A DNA stretch of 64,000 bases from an uncultured Methanosarcinales archaeon (GTDB lineage: Archaea; Nanobdellota; Nanobdellia; Woesearchaeales; BS150m-G63): NCBI GenBank assembly GCA_964630685.1, contig CAZVVW010000006.1, positions 16-64,015 on the forward strand, read 5' to 3'. This document shows positions 47,098-56,321 of this stretch, in pieces. Position 1 is the first letter of the stretch. Each line of letters starts with the position of its first letter. A model generated the notes under the pieces. That model worked only from the letters and a program-made list of their open reading frames with translations. It did no database searches and was not told the DNA's origin. Both the position numbers and the translations under genes were made by a program.

Positions 47098-47595
47098 TTA
47101 TTTTGCTTTACCTATTACTTCTCCTGTTTTAGTGTGGATTAATTCACTTCCAGATACTGAGTAAGTTACTTTTATTGGGTGCTTAAATCTTTGATCTATA
47201 GCTAAATCAGGGATATCTATTGCGAATACTGTTTTTGATCCCATTATCATTAGGGTATCAGAGTTATTTGTTCCATTACACTCGATATTGGAGATAGTTA
47301 TATCCTCACCTAAATTGTTTGTTAGTTCTACTTGTAGATGGGTTGTGTTTAATACGAAATCACAACTAAAACCAGATATTGTGCAGGTTTCTGGTAAGAA
47401 TCTAGAAGGATTTAACATGCCGAAATAAACTAAAGATGAGATAACAATAAGAACAACTAACAATGCCCAGCCATAGTTCATTAAGAATTCCATGGCTGCT
47501 TGCGCTCTTTTGGGAATTCTCGAGGAGTTTCCTCGCTTTGCTCGTAAACCCATTAGAAATTCCATAGCAGTTCTACTCTTTTTGTGTGTTTTCAT
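47098..47595 (-). CDS. Type IV pilin-like protein with class-III signal peptide (duplicated leader variant)
   Basis: 'MKTHKKSRTAMEFLMGLRAKRGNSSRIPKRAQAAMEFLMNYGWALLVVLIVISSLVYFGMLNPSRFLPETCT'. 165 aa. Confidence 0.75.
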   Translation of the reverse strand: MKTHKKSRTAMEFLMGLRAKRGNSSRIPKRAQAAMEFLMNYGWALLVVLIVISSLVYFGMLNPSRFLPETCTISGFSCDFVLNTTHLQVELTNNLGEDITISNIECNGTNNSDTLMIMGSKTVFAIDIPDLAIDQRFKHPIKVTYSVSGSELIHTKTGEVIGKAK

Positions 47596-47807
47596 TATGC
47601 CTCTTTTTGATATCTATTTTGGATTATATATTTACTTATATAAAAACTTTTTGTTTGAAAAATAAAGAAGGATAGAGAAAATTAAAAACAATAAGATTAA
47701 AAAATTCGTTTTGATACTTTTTAAATTTGTGTAAAGATGAGCTCATTTAAAAATTAATTATCTTAGAAATATAAAAAAAGAAAAAATAAATAAATAAGCT
47801 GTTAAGC

Positions 47808-48347
47808 TTATTCTATTTTAGTTATTAACTGACCTAAATCTGTGTGGGTTAATCCGTCCATTCCTTTTTTGTATGAAATAGATATATCTTTTTTATATCT
47901 AGCTCCGCTTGAAAGACCATGGTTAGAACTTGTACAAATTAATTTCACATCTTCAGAGTCTGTTAAAGTGAAATTGGAAGCGCTAGGTCCACATTGAGTT
48001 CCATCACAGGTCCAATTTGCTGCAAAACTACAATTAGTGTCGCTTGCAATTGTAACTGCAAAGTTCTCTAAATCTTGACCCATTCCATTTTGTATAACTA
48101 AAGTTATATTTGATTCATCAACTTTGAAGTCTACACAACTCATACCAGGCACTAATGTACAACTTTCTGGCAAAAATCTACTTGGATTTAGCACTCCAAA
48201 GTAAGCTAATGCTGAAATTGCGATTAGAACAACTAAAATGGCCCAGCCGTAAGTCATTAGAAACTCCATTGCTGCTTGTGCTTTCTTTGATTTCATTTTG
48301 GTGAAATCAAAGGGCTTTGAGATGTTATTCTCATTGTTTTTTTTCAT
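47808..48347 (-). CDS. Type IV pilin-like protein (class-III signal peptide)
   Basis: 'KSKKAQAAMEFLMTYGWAILVVLIAISALAYFGVLNPSRFLPESCT'. 179 aa. Confidence 0.75.
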   Translation of the reverse strand: MKKNNENNISKPFDFTKMKSKKAQAAMEFLMTYGWAILVVLIAISALAYFGVLNPSRFLPESCTLVPGMSCVDFKVDESNITLVIQNGMGQDLENFAVTIASDTNCSFAANWTCDGTQCGPSASNFTLTDSEDVKLICTSSNHGLSSGARYKKDISISYKKGMDGLTHTDLGQLITKIE

Positions 48348-48798
48348 TTTGTTTTACCTCATTTATTCAATTTTAGTTATTAATTGTCCTGTTTCTGTGT
48401 GGGTGATTCCTGCAGACGAATTAAAATAGATTACAATATCTTCTTTTAATCTTTGTCCACTTTTACCACTTAAATCATTACAGGTTATTGAGAATGTTTG
48501 TTTATCTGCGTCGTTGAATGTTCCTAATGAACTATTTTCTGTGCAGGCGTAACCAGTCATATTAACTCTGAAAGTGTTTAAATCTTGACCCATTCCATTT
48601 TGTATAACTAATGTTGTTAAATTAGTTGTGCTATCTGCTTTGAAGTCTACACAACTCATACCAGGCACTAATGTACAACTTTCTGGCAAAAATCTACTTG
48701 GATTTAGCACTCCAAAGTAAGCTAATGCTGAAATTGCGATTAGAACAACTAAAATGGCCCAGCCGTAAGTCATTAGAAACTCCATTGCTGCTTGTGCT
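48071..48798. repeat. Two near-identical copies (about 31 nt plus 161 nt) of the 5' pilin coding region in the tandem pilin paralogs
   Basis: 48071-48101 is identical to 48580-48610. 48122-48282 is essentially identical to 48638-48798. This was read directly from the sequence. Confidence 0.8.
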
Positions 48799-48818
48799 CT
48801 TTTTTTCAAAATAATCAC
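48363..48818 (-). CDS. Type IV pilin-like protein (class-III signal peptide)
   Basis: 'MIILKKRAQAAMEFLMTYGWAILVVLIAISALAYFGVLNPSRFLPESCT'. 151 aa. Confidence 0.75.
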   Translation of the reverse strand: MIILKKRAQAAMEFLMTYGWAILVVLIAISALAYFGVLNPSRFLPESCTLVPGMSCVDFKADSTTNLTTLVIQNGMGQDLNTFRVNMTGYACTENSSLGTFNDADKQTFSITCNDLSGKSGQRLKEDIVIYFNSSAGITHTETGQLITKIE

Positions 48819-48965
48819 CTCGTTTAATTATAAAATCATAGTTTATTTAATTTATCTTTTGCCAATATATAAATTTAACTATTTTTAAATGATATTATAA
48901 TTAGATTATTACTACTGTAAAGAGAATAACAAACTATAAAAACAAAGTTAATAGTAATAATCAAG

Positions 48966-49901
48966 ATGACTAAAAAAAAGGGAAAGAAAGGGCAGATTGC
49001 TGTAGAATATATGATTGTGATGGGTGTTATATTGATTGCATTAAGCCCCTTTGTATATAAAGAAGTAAATAAATATGTTGTTAAGGCAAGAATTAATGAG
49101 GCTAATAATCTGGCTAACGATATAACAAAGTCAGCAGATTCGCTCTATTCTTTAGGTCCTGGAAATCAAAAACATTTGTATATTGATGTTCCAAAAGGGG
49201 TTACTGAGGTTAATATTCATGAAAGAGAAATCTCATTTACTGTGAATACTCCTGATGGAACAAAGGACATTATTACGATAACAAAAGGTTATGTTACAGG
49301 TGTTATTCCTATTGGTTCTGGAGCCCATAAAATTAAGATGAAGGTGTTGGAGACTGGAATTGTGTTGATAGGTGATCCATATTGCTCTGTTTTGCCTACT
49401 GTTAATTGTACTACTGCTGATACTCCAGACAGAAATCCAATATTATTTTTACATAAACCAGGACATAGTACACATGCTTCTATTTTTAATGCAACTAATG
49501 CTGGAGATGTTCTTGTTAATTATAGTATTTGTTGCATAGACACTGTTAAAGGAGATCTCACTGCAGGGGAAGCTGGAGAAAATTGGGATAGTTATAATAC
49601 TACAATACTTAGATTAAATAATGAAACAAATGCACATGTTGCTGAAAAAAGTTATGTAAATTATACTGTGGAGGCAAAACTTTATACAAATCAAGATTTT
49701 CCGTTAAATTGCGAGTACACTAATGAAAGTGTGCAATACTGTCCAGAATTTGGACAGGATTATTATTGTTTGGCAACAATAGGTGGGGGACATACAAGTG
49801 TCGGAGGATACAGTTATTCTACTAATTTACATATTTCAGATTGTGATGGAGATTGGGATGATTATCCTGTTAAAGTTTGCTGTTTGATACCACCTAGATG
49901 A
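48966..49901 (+). CDS. Pilin-like protein with class-III signal peptide and Cys-rich C-terminal domain
   Basis: 'MTKKKGKKGQIAVEYMIVMGVILIALSPF' has Gly-Gln then Glu at +5. The 280-aa C-terminal region has about 10 Cys. Confidence 0.6.
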   Translation: MTKKKGKKGQIAVEYMIVMGVILIALSPFVYKEVNKYVVKARINEANNLANDITKSADSLYSLGPGNQKHLYIDVPKGVTEVNIHEREISFTVNTPDGTKDIITITKGYVTGVIPIGSGAHKIKMKVLETGIVLIGDPYCSVLPTVNCTTADTPDRNPILFLHKPGHSTHASIFNATNAGDVLVNYSICCIDTVKGDLTAGEAGENWDSYNTTILRLNNETNAHVAEKSYVNYTVEAKLYTNQDFPLNCEYTNESVQYCPEFGQDYYCLATIGGGHTSVGGYSYSTNLHISDCDGDWDDYPVKVCCLIPPR

Positions 49902-49908
49902 TTCTTTT

Positions 49909-50511
49909 GTGATGATGATGTTAGATAAGAAACGTAAAGCACAAGTTAGTATTGAATATTTTATTATCTTTGGTACGTTGTTGATATTCTTGATGTTTAT
50001 TGTTTATTATTTTATGACTACTATTCCACCTGATATCCAAATGAAACAAGCTGTTAGTGCTGTTAATAAAATGTCCAAAGCAGCAGATGCTGTTTATTCT
50101 TTAAGTCCTGGCTCTAAAAGAATAGTTTATGTGTTTTTTCCTTCAGCTGTTAGTAGTGTAAGTTTTGTGCCGTTTCCTTCTTCCACTGGAAGCGAGATAG
50201 TGCTTAATATAAGTCATGAAGGCCGTGTTGTGGATATTTTTGCGATGACTAAAGGAAATGTTACTGGAGAGATTCCTTTTGGTGCTGGGCAAAAGAAAAA
50301 TTTGCATAAATTGTTTATTGAAAAAAGAGAGAATAATTTAGTTACTATTATATCTTCTTCATGTGTACCTAGAAGTTGTGAAGAAGAAGGATACGAGTGT
50401 AATTATATAACTGAAACAAAGTGTTACACTTCAATAAATTGTGGATCTTGTACGCAATTAAATAATCATTGCGAGAATAATATATGTATATTATCTAATC
50501 AATCCCCTTAA
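49909..50511 (+). CDS. Pilin-like protein (class-III signal peptide) with Cys-rich C-terminus
   Basis: 'KKRKAQVSIEYFIIFGTLLIFLMFIVYYF'. C-terminal 'SSCVPRSCEEEGYECNYITETKCY..CGSCTQLNNHCENNIC'. Confidence 0.55.
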   Translation: MMMMLDKKRKAQVSIEYFIIFGTLLIFLMFIVYYFMTTIPPDIQMKQAVSAVNKMSKAADAVYSLSPGSKRIVYVFFPSAVSSVSFVPFPSSTGSEIVLNISHEGRVVDIFAMTKGNVTGEIPFGAGQKKNLHKLFIEKRENNLVTIISSSCVPRSCEEEGYECNYITETKCYTSINCGSCTQLNNHCENNICILSNQSP

Positions 50512-50513
50512 CA

Positions 50514-50978
50514 ATGAAAAACAACAGAAAGGCGCAGATAGCAATGGAATTCTTGTTTGTGGTAGGTGTAATTTTATTGTTGACTACGTTTGTGTTGTAT
50601 GATGTTTTTAATAAAAAAGATCAAGTTACTTTAGCTACAGATATATTGAACAAAAAAGATCTCTGTCTGCAATTTTCTTCTTTGATAACTGAAACTTATG
50701 CAAAAGGGACTGGTACTGTTGCTTATTTTGCTGTAAGTGCCAGACATATTAAGTATAATGTGGCTGTTCAGACTATTTCGAGAAATCTTTTTGTTGGTGA
50801 GCCAGGTAAAGGACCTGTTTATTGTACTTATCCTATAAAAAGTGTTTCAGGTATTGGTGGAGAGACTAATTTATTCACTTTTGATTTTAATGCTGTTGAT
50901 AGAATACTAAAATTTGAAAATATTGGGGGTTTTGTTATTATAAGTTTACATAACAAAAGCATATATAATGAAATTTAG
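50514..50978 (+). CDS. Pilin-like protein (class-III signal peptide)
   Basis: 'MKNNRKAQIAMEFLFVVGVILLLTTFVLY'. 154 aa. Confidence 0.6.
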   Translation: MKNNRKAQIAMEFLFVVGVILLLTTFVLYDVFNKKDQVTLATDILNKKDLCLQFSSLITETYAKGTGTVAYFAVSARHIKYNVAVQTISRNLFVGEPGKGPVYCTYPIKSVSGIGGETNLFTFDFNAVDRILKFENIGGFVIISLHNKSIYNEI

Positions 50979-51519
50979 AAATAGGTTAAAGAATAAATCT
51001 GGGCAAGCAGTCATAATTGATTTTTTTATAGCTTTGTTTATTTTTATCCTTCTTGTTTCAATGATTTCAATAATGTGGAATAAATATAATTTTGAGTTAA
51101 ATCAAAAAGTTACACAAAAAGATATGTGGTTGAAGACTTACCACATAAGCGATATTTTAGTGCATACTTCTGGTAGTCCTAGTGCGTGGGAAAATATTGA
51201 TTGGGAAAGTGAACCTGAAAATATCAATACAATTATTGAGACAGTTGGGTTGGTTAGTTTTGATAGACAATTGGATTCTAGTAAGGTTGAAGAATTTGTT
51301 AAATTAAATGAAAGTTATAATGTATTAAGTGAGTTGTTGAATGTGGAAGGATATCATCTTTATTTTAGATTATTTGATGAAGATATGTTTATTGTAGAAT
51401 CAGGCCCTAGCCCTAGTTTGTATAATGCAGAACGTACAACAAGTGTAAGAAGGTATGTTCAATGTGATGAAAGCGCTAATGATAATGGGTGTATTTTAGA
51501 GGTGTCGTTATGGGAATAA
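50968..51519 (+). CDS. Pilin-like protein (class-III signal peptide)
   Basis: 'NKSGQAVIIDFFIALFIFILLVSMISIM'. 183 aa. Confidence 0.5.
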   Translation: MKFRNRLKNKSGQAVIIDFFIALFIFILLVSMISIMWNKYNFELNQKVTQKDMWLKTYHISDILVHTSGSPSAWENIDWESEPENINTIIETVGLVSFDRQLDSSKVEEFVKLNESYNVLSELLNVEGYHLYFRLFDEDMFIVESGPSPSLYNAERTTSVRRYVQCDESANDNGCILEVSLWE

Positions 51520-51932
51520 AAGATTGGAGAAAAAAAGCTGTAATGATTACTACAGACTCTATTATTGCTCTCACTATTGTTATTGTGATAATTATTGTTG
51601 CAACTAATTATGCGATTAGTTCAAGAGATGATGTTTTGCCTGAATTGCAGTTAGTTAGAACAGGAAATGATATTTTGGCTTTGTTGGATAATACAGGTGC
51701 TTTTGAAGATATGGATGCATCTGAAGTGCAAGAAGAGATTTATCTATTAATTCCAAATCATTATGAGATGAAAATAAATGTGACTCTTGAAAATGAGGAT
51801 AGTTTTGAGACAAACACAACAAGGGAGATGCCTAATGATAGGTTTATTGGAACAGGACAAAGGGTGGTGGTTTTGGATAATTTAAGGTTTGGCGTTGCTA
51901 AATTTTGGATATGGGCAGGAAGAGTAAAATGA
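51510..51932 (+). CDS. Pilin-like / minor pilin candidate
   Basis: 'MGIKDWRKKAVMITTDSIIALTIVIVIIIVATNY' has a basic leader followed by a hydrophobic helix. The start was chosen at the internal Met to minimise overlap. Confidence 0.4.
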   Translation: MGIKDWRKKAVMITTDSIIALTIVIVIIIVATNYAISSRDDVLPELQLVRTGNDILALLDNTGAFEDMDASEVQEEIYLLIPNHYEMKINVTLENEDSFETNTTREMPNDRFIGTGQRVVVLDNLRFGVAKFWIWAGRVK

Positions 51933-53353
51933 TTGATAAAATAAATAAAAAAAGTATATTATTTACAGCAGGATTAGTGTTAATGGCATCTGTGCTTTTG
52001 ACATTAGCTGTGTTATTGTTTTATAACACAATGGAATCAGAAGATAGATTTATAGAGATGTCTAGTTTAGATACTATGCATAACCTTTATGATTCTGTAG
52101 AAACTGGAGTTAGAGAGACATTGTTTGGTGGATTATCTGATGAACTTATTGAAGTAGATAGAACATCAAATGAAGTGGTGTTTAAAGAAGATTTACCTAA
52201 TACTGATGATACTAATTTTAGAGATAAACTAAGCGAGTTTAAAGATTTTGTTGGATCTAATTTTTTAGGGGTTGGTTTGAATATTACTGAAATGAATAAA
52301 ACATTACCTTTTGTGGTTTATCCTTATAATTTAGTTTATACACATCCAGATGACTTTGGCGAAAGAAGAATCAAAATATATCCAGAAGCACCAGTTGATC
52401 CTGCAATGGTGGGTTACTGGAAGTTTAATGGAGATGCAAAAGACTCTTCAGGAAAAGGAAACGACGGCACAATAAATGGGGCAGTATTTGTGGAAGGATT
52501 ACAAGGAGATGCTTTAAGTTTTGATGGTGATGGTGATTATGTTAGTACAAATTATGGAGAAAATATAAATCCTTCAATAAATCCTCACACTTATTCTGTT
52601 TGGGTTAAATCAAATAATATTACAAACAATGGAATGTATTTAGTTCAAGGTACATGGAATGGAGATCATAGGGCTTATTTTGGCAGTAATAATGGCTATT
52701 GGTCTATGGGTATACAAGGAAGTGGGTGGGGGGAACGTATTATTCCTTTAGATTTAAATTGGCATTTTATAACTTTAGTTTTTGATGGTTCAAATGCTAA
52801 GTTTTATTTAGATGGAGATTATAAATATCAAAAAACTTATACTTCATATCTTTTTAATTTTAATATGTCTATTGGATCTTCTAGACCCCATAGTTCACGT
52901 TATGATTGGGAGGGTATTATAGATTTAGTAGCTATTTATAATAGAGCACTTAATGATTCAGAGATACTTGATTTGTACATGGGTGGTGTTGAGAGTTATA
53001 GGGTTAATTTTTCTGAAAGTAATTGTAATGTTGTTGAAGGTGAATCAGATTATAACTTAGGTTCTTTTTCTTTGGATTTAGGGGGTTGTGGGCAGCATAT
53101 AATTAACTCTTCTTATAATAACTTTTTCAGGTTTAATTTTAGTAATGAATTTGTGAATGTGTCTTTTGGAAACGGAGCTGTGTTAGAGATTGTTAATGAA
53201 AATGTAAGTGATTTAAATGTTGAAACAACTGTTGGTTTTGAGGCATTAGATACAGAGATGATTACAGTAGAAACCCCTAGAGAGACAGATTTAATAAATG
53301 TCGTTCTTCCTGGTTATGGTGTAAAGAAATCAGGCGGTGTTAGATTAAGATAA
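51929..53353 (+). CDS. Membrane-anchored LamG/ConA-like lectin-domain protein (putative pilus tip/adhesin)
   Basis: N-terminal TM 'ILFTAGLVLMASVLLTLAVLLFY'. 'YWKFNGDAKDSSGKGNDGTINGAVFVEGLQGDALSFDGDGDYV...WHFITLVFDGSNAKFYLDG' is a laminin-G/concanavalin-like signature shared with 15191..16336. The ATGA overlap with the upstream gene suggests the start at 51929. Confidence 0.65.
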   Translation: MIDKINKKSILFTAGLVLMASVLLTLAVLLFYNTMESEDRFIEMSSLDTMHNLYDSVETGVRETLFGGLSDELIEVDRTSNEVVFKEDLPNTDDTNFRDKLSEFKDFVGSNFLGVGLNITEMNKTLPFVVYPYNLVYTHPDDFGERRIKIYPEAPVDPAMVGYWKFNGDAKDSSGKGNDGTINGAVFVEGLQGDALSFDGDGDYVSTNYGENINPSINPHTYSVWVKSNNITNNGMYLVQGTWNGDHRAYFGSNNGYWSMGIQGSGWGERIIPLDLNWHFITLVFDGSNAKFYLDGDYKYQKTYTSYLFNFNMSIGSSRPHSSRYDWEGIIDLVAIYNRALNDSEILDLYMGGVESYRVNFSESNCNVVEGESDYNLGSFSLDLGGCGQHIINSSYNNFFRFNFSNEFVNVSFGNGAVLEIVNENVSDLNVETTVGFEALDTEMITVETPRETDLINVVLPGYGVKKSGGVRLR

Positions 53354-53416
53354 ATTTGTTACTATTTTAGAATTGTTACATATTTATTTAAATTTGTAAT
53401 CAAAACAATTTCTTGT

Positions 53417-53866
53417 ATGGTTGAGGGTGTAGAGTTAGCTAAAAAAAAGAGGGAGTTTTATGATGCTTCTGTTGAAATAATAAGATTGATAGGAATCAAC
53501 CAGGTTGAAGAAGCAAAAAAACTTTATAATCTTTATACTAATTTGTATTATGAAATACTCCCCTCATTGACTGAAGATGAAGTTTCACAGTATTACCAAA
53601 ATTTAAGCCAAATTTATAATAGGCTTAAACCCTATTTTGCTCAAGAAGGAAATGTTTCAGATATCAAAAGACATTATAAAACAGAGATTGACGAATTGTA
53701 TGAATTAATACAGGAAAAAGAAAAGGTGACACTTAAATCAGTGCAATCCAAGTTCAATATTGATCGGAAAAAAGCAGATGAATGGGCAACTATTTTAGAA
53801 GAAAATGGTTTGATTAAAATTAGTTACTCTTTTTTAGTTGGGCCAATATTAAAAAAATTAAAATAA
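53417..53866 (+). CDS. Hypothetical cytoplasmic protein in the pilus locus (possible C-terminal wHTH)
   Basis: 149 aa with no TM. The C-terminus 'TLKSVQSKFNIDRKKADEWATILEENGLIKI' is HTH-like. Confidence 0.4.
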   Translation: MVEGVELAKKKREFYDASVEIIRLIGINQVEEAKKLYNLYTNLYYEILPSLTEDEVSQYYQNLSQIYNRLKPYFAQEGNVSDIKRHYKTEIDELYELIQEKEKVTLKSVQSKFNIDRKKADEWATILEENGLIKISYSFLVGPILKKLK

Positions 53867-53893
53867 GATAACCTAAACACAACAACTAAAAGA

Positions 53894-55396
53894 ATGAAAA
53901 TTTTAGGACAATATAAATTAACTGTAGATGACATTGAGGTAGGGGTTAGAGTAACTTCTGATAAAGGAAGGGTAGATAAATATGAGTTGGTCACTAAAAA
54001 ACTCAGTGCAGCGACAAGAGCGTTGTTGGTCAAGGTTAGGGAAGAATTAGTTGCAGATGTTGAGATAAGTAGTGCAGAAATTTTGGACCCCAATGCAGTT
54101 TTTAGAATAAAAGAAAAATTTAAAATTGCTTCTGATGAATTTATAGCTAAAAAATTACCAAAGATTGATTTAGAAACAAAGAATCTTTTGATAGGTACAT
54201 TACTTCATGAAACAATAGGACTTGGAAAAGTTGAATTTTTGCTTTCAGATCCCCATTTAGAGGAGATAGTCATTAATTCTTCAAAAGAACCTTTAAGGGT
54301 GTATCATAAAAAATTTGGATGGCTTGAAACCGATATAATTCTTAAAACAGAAGAAGATGTGCAAAATTATGCAAATACAATTGCAAGAAGGATAGGTAGA
54401 CAAATCACTACATTAAATCCTTTGTTGGATGCACATTTAACTACTGGAGATAGGGCAAATGCTGTGTTGTACCCTATTTCTAACAAAGGGAATTCTATTA
54501 CAATTAGAATGTTTGCAAGAGACCCTTGGACTTGTATAGATTTTATTAAAAGCAGAACTTGTAGTGCAGAAGTTTTTGGTTTAATTTGGTTAATGATGGA
54601 GTTTGAAATGAATATACTTGTTTCTGGAGGTACTGGAAGCGGAAAGACATCTATGCTTAATGTTTGCATGCCTTTTATTCCCCCTAATCATAGGATTATT
54701 TCTATTGAAGATACGAGAGAGTTACAGTTACCAAAATATTTACATTGGGTTCCTTTAGTTACTCGGTTAGCAAATACAGAAGGAAAAGGAGAAGTGACTA
54801 TGCTTGATTTATTGATTAATTCTCTAAGAATGAGGCCAGACAGGATAGTACTTGGAGAAATGAGGAAGAAACAAGAAGCAGAAGTTCTTTTTGAAGCAAT
54901 GCATACAGGGCATAGTGTGTATAGTACTGTTCACGCAGAAAGTGTTGCAGAAACTATTCAAAGATTAGTGTATCCCCCAATTGAAGTTCCTGCTAATTTA
55001 ATTCCTACTGTAAACCTTAATGTGGTGATGTACAGAGAGAGAAGAAGAAGTATAAGGAGAGTCTATCAATTAGGTGAATTCATTAAATCTGAAACTAAAG
55101 AAGGAATGGCTATTAAACCCAATATTATCTATAGATGGAATCCAAATACAGATGAGATAGAATCAAGTTTAAAGAGCTCTAGATTGTTTGAAGAATTAAG
55201 TAGACATACTGGCTTGAGCCAAAGAGATATTGCAGCAAAATTAAAACAAAAAGAAAATATATTAAATTGGTTATTGAGAAATAATGTAAGAGATGTACAT
55301 AGTGTTGGTAAATTTATGAGTGAGTATTATCTTAATAAAGAAGAAGTTATAGATATTGTTAACAAAAATTTACATCCTGATCAGATTTTGAAATAA
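53894..55396 (+). CDS. FlaI/TadA/VirB11-family secretion ATPase (type IV pilus / archaellum assembly ATPase)
   Basis: Walker A 'VSGGTGSGKTSMLN', Walker B/His box 'IVLGEMR' and 'HTGHSVYSTVHAES'. 500 aa. Confidence 0.85.
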   Translation: MKILGQYKLTVDDIEVGVRVTSDKGRVDKYELVTKKLSAATRALLVKVREELVADVEISSAEILDPNAVFRIKEKFKIASDEFIAKKLPKIDLETKNLLIGTLLHETIGLGKVEFLLSDPHLEEIVINSSKEPLRVYHKKFGWLETDIILKTEEDVQNYANTIARRIGRQITTLNPLLDAHLTTGDRANAVLYPISNKGNSITIRMFARDPWTCIDFIKSRTCSAEVFGLIWLMMEFEMNILVSGGTGSGKTSMLNVCMPFIPPNHRIISIEDTRELQLPKYLHWVPLVTRLANTEGKGEVTMLDLLINSLRMRPDRIVLGEMRKKQEAEVLFEAMHTGHSVYSTVHAESVAETIQRLVYPPIEVPANLIPTVNLNVVMYRERRRSIRRVYQLGEFIKSETKEGMAIKPNIIYRWNPNTDEIESSLKSSRLFEELSRHTGLSQRDIAAKLKQKENILNWLLRNNVRDVHSVGKFMSEYYLNKEEVIDIVNKNLHPDQILK

Positions 55397-55426
55397 TTTA
55401 ATATTTAAATTAAAATAGGTGAAATA

Positions 55427-56320
55427 ATGGACTTTAAGATACCTTTTTCATTTTTTCCTGCAAAAATATTAAGAAAGCAGGCTAAACATATCTTTTTTCT
55501 AACTAAACCTTTAGAAAAATTATTTCCTTATTTACTTATAACGCTTAAGCAGGCGAGATTTAAAATAAGTGCTAAGGAATATCTTGCTATGTGTTTTATA
55601 TCTAATTTCTTTTTGTTTGCTTTTTTCCTTATTTTTTTAAATTTAGTGATAGCATCAACAAGTGCTGAAAATTCTTTTTTTATTTCGTTTATGAGTACAT
55701 TATTTTTAACATTATTTATTGGCTTTCAACAAATAGCATATCCTAAAGTTATGATTAATAAAAGAGTAAGAGATTTAGAGAGAAATTTACTCCCTGCTAT
55801 GCAGAACGCTTTGGTACAGTTGAAATCTGGAGTGCCCCTGTTTAATGTGGTTGCTCAACTTTCTTTAGGTGGCTATGGGGAGGTTTCTAAAGAATTTTTA
55901 AAAGTGGTTAGAGATATTAATGCAGGAAAACCCTCAATAGATGCATTAGATGTTGTTGCTTTTGAGAATCCATCACCTTATTTTAGAAGGGTGATTTGGC
56001 AATTAACTAATAGGATGAAAACTGGATCTGATTTATGTGAAACTGTAAAAGAAATAACTGTACACTTATCTGCAGAACAAATTGGACAAATCGAAAGATA
56101 TGGTTCTCAATTGAGCCCTTTGAGTATGTTTTACATGGTAATCGCAATTATTTTACCTTCCCTAGGATTAACTCTTTTAATTGTAATGGCTTCTTTTATG
56201 TCTTTATCTGAATCTGGAATCAAAGGATTGTTTTGGGGATTATATGGTGTTGGAGTGTTTGTGCAGTTTATGTTTTTGGGAATGATAAAAGCAAAAAGGC
56301 CAAATTTAATGGTAGACTAA
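55427..56320 (+). CDS. FlaJ/TadC-like platform membrane protein (T2SSF domain), first half of a split pair
   Basis: T2SSF-like cytoplasmic domain 'LLPAMQNALVQLKSGVPLFNVVAQLS...IDALDVVA' flanked by TMs. 297 aa. Confidence 0.65.
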   Translation: MDFKIPFSFFPAKILRKQAKHIFFLTKPLEKLFPYLLITLKQARFKISAKEYLAMCFISNFFLFAFFLIFLNLVIASTSAENSFFISFMSTLFLTLFIGFQQIAYPKVMINKRVRDLERNLLPAMQNALVQLKSGVPLFNVVAQLSLGGYGEVSKEFLKVVRDINAGKPSIDALDVVAFENPSPYFRRVIWQLTNRMKTGSDLCETVKEITVHLSAEQIGQIERYGSQLSPLSMFYMVIAIILPSLGLTLLIVMASFMSLSESGIKGLFWGLYGVGVFVQFMFLGMIKAKRPNLMVD

Positions 56321-56321
56321 A

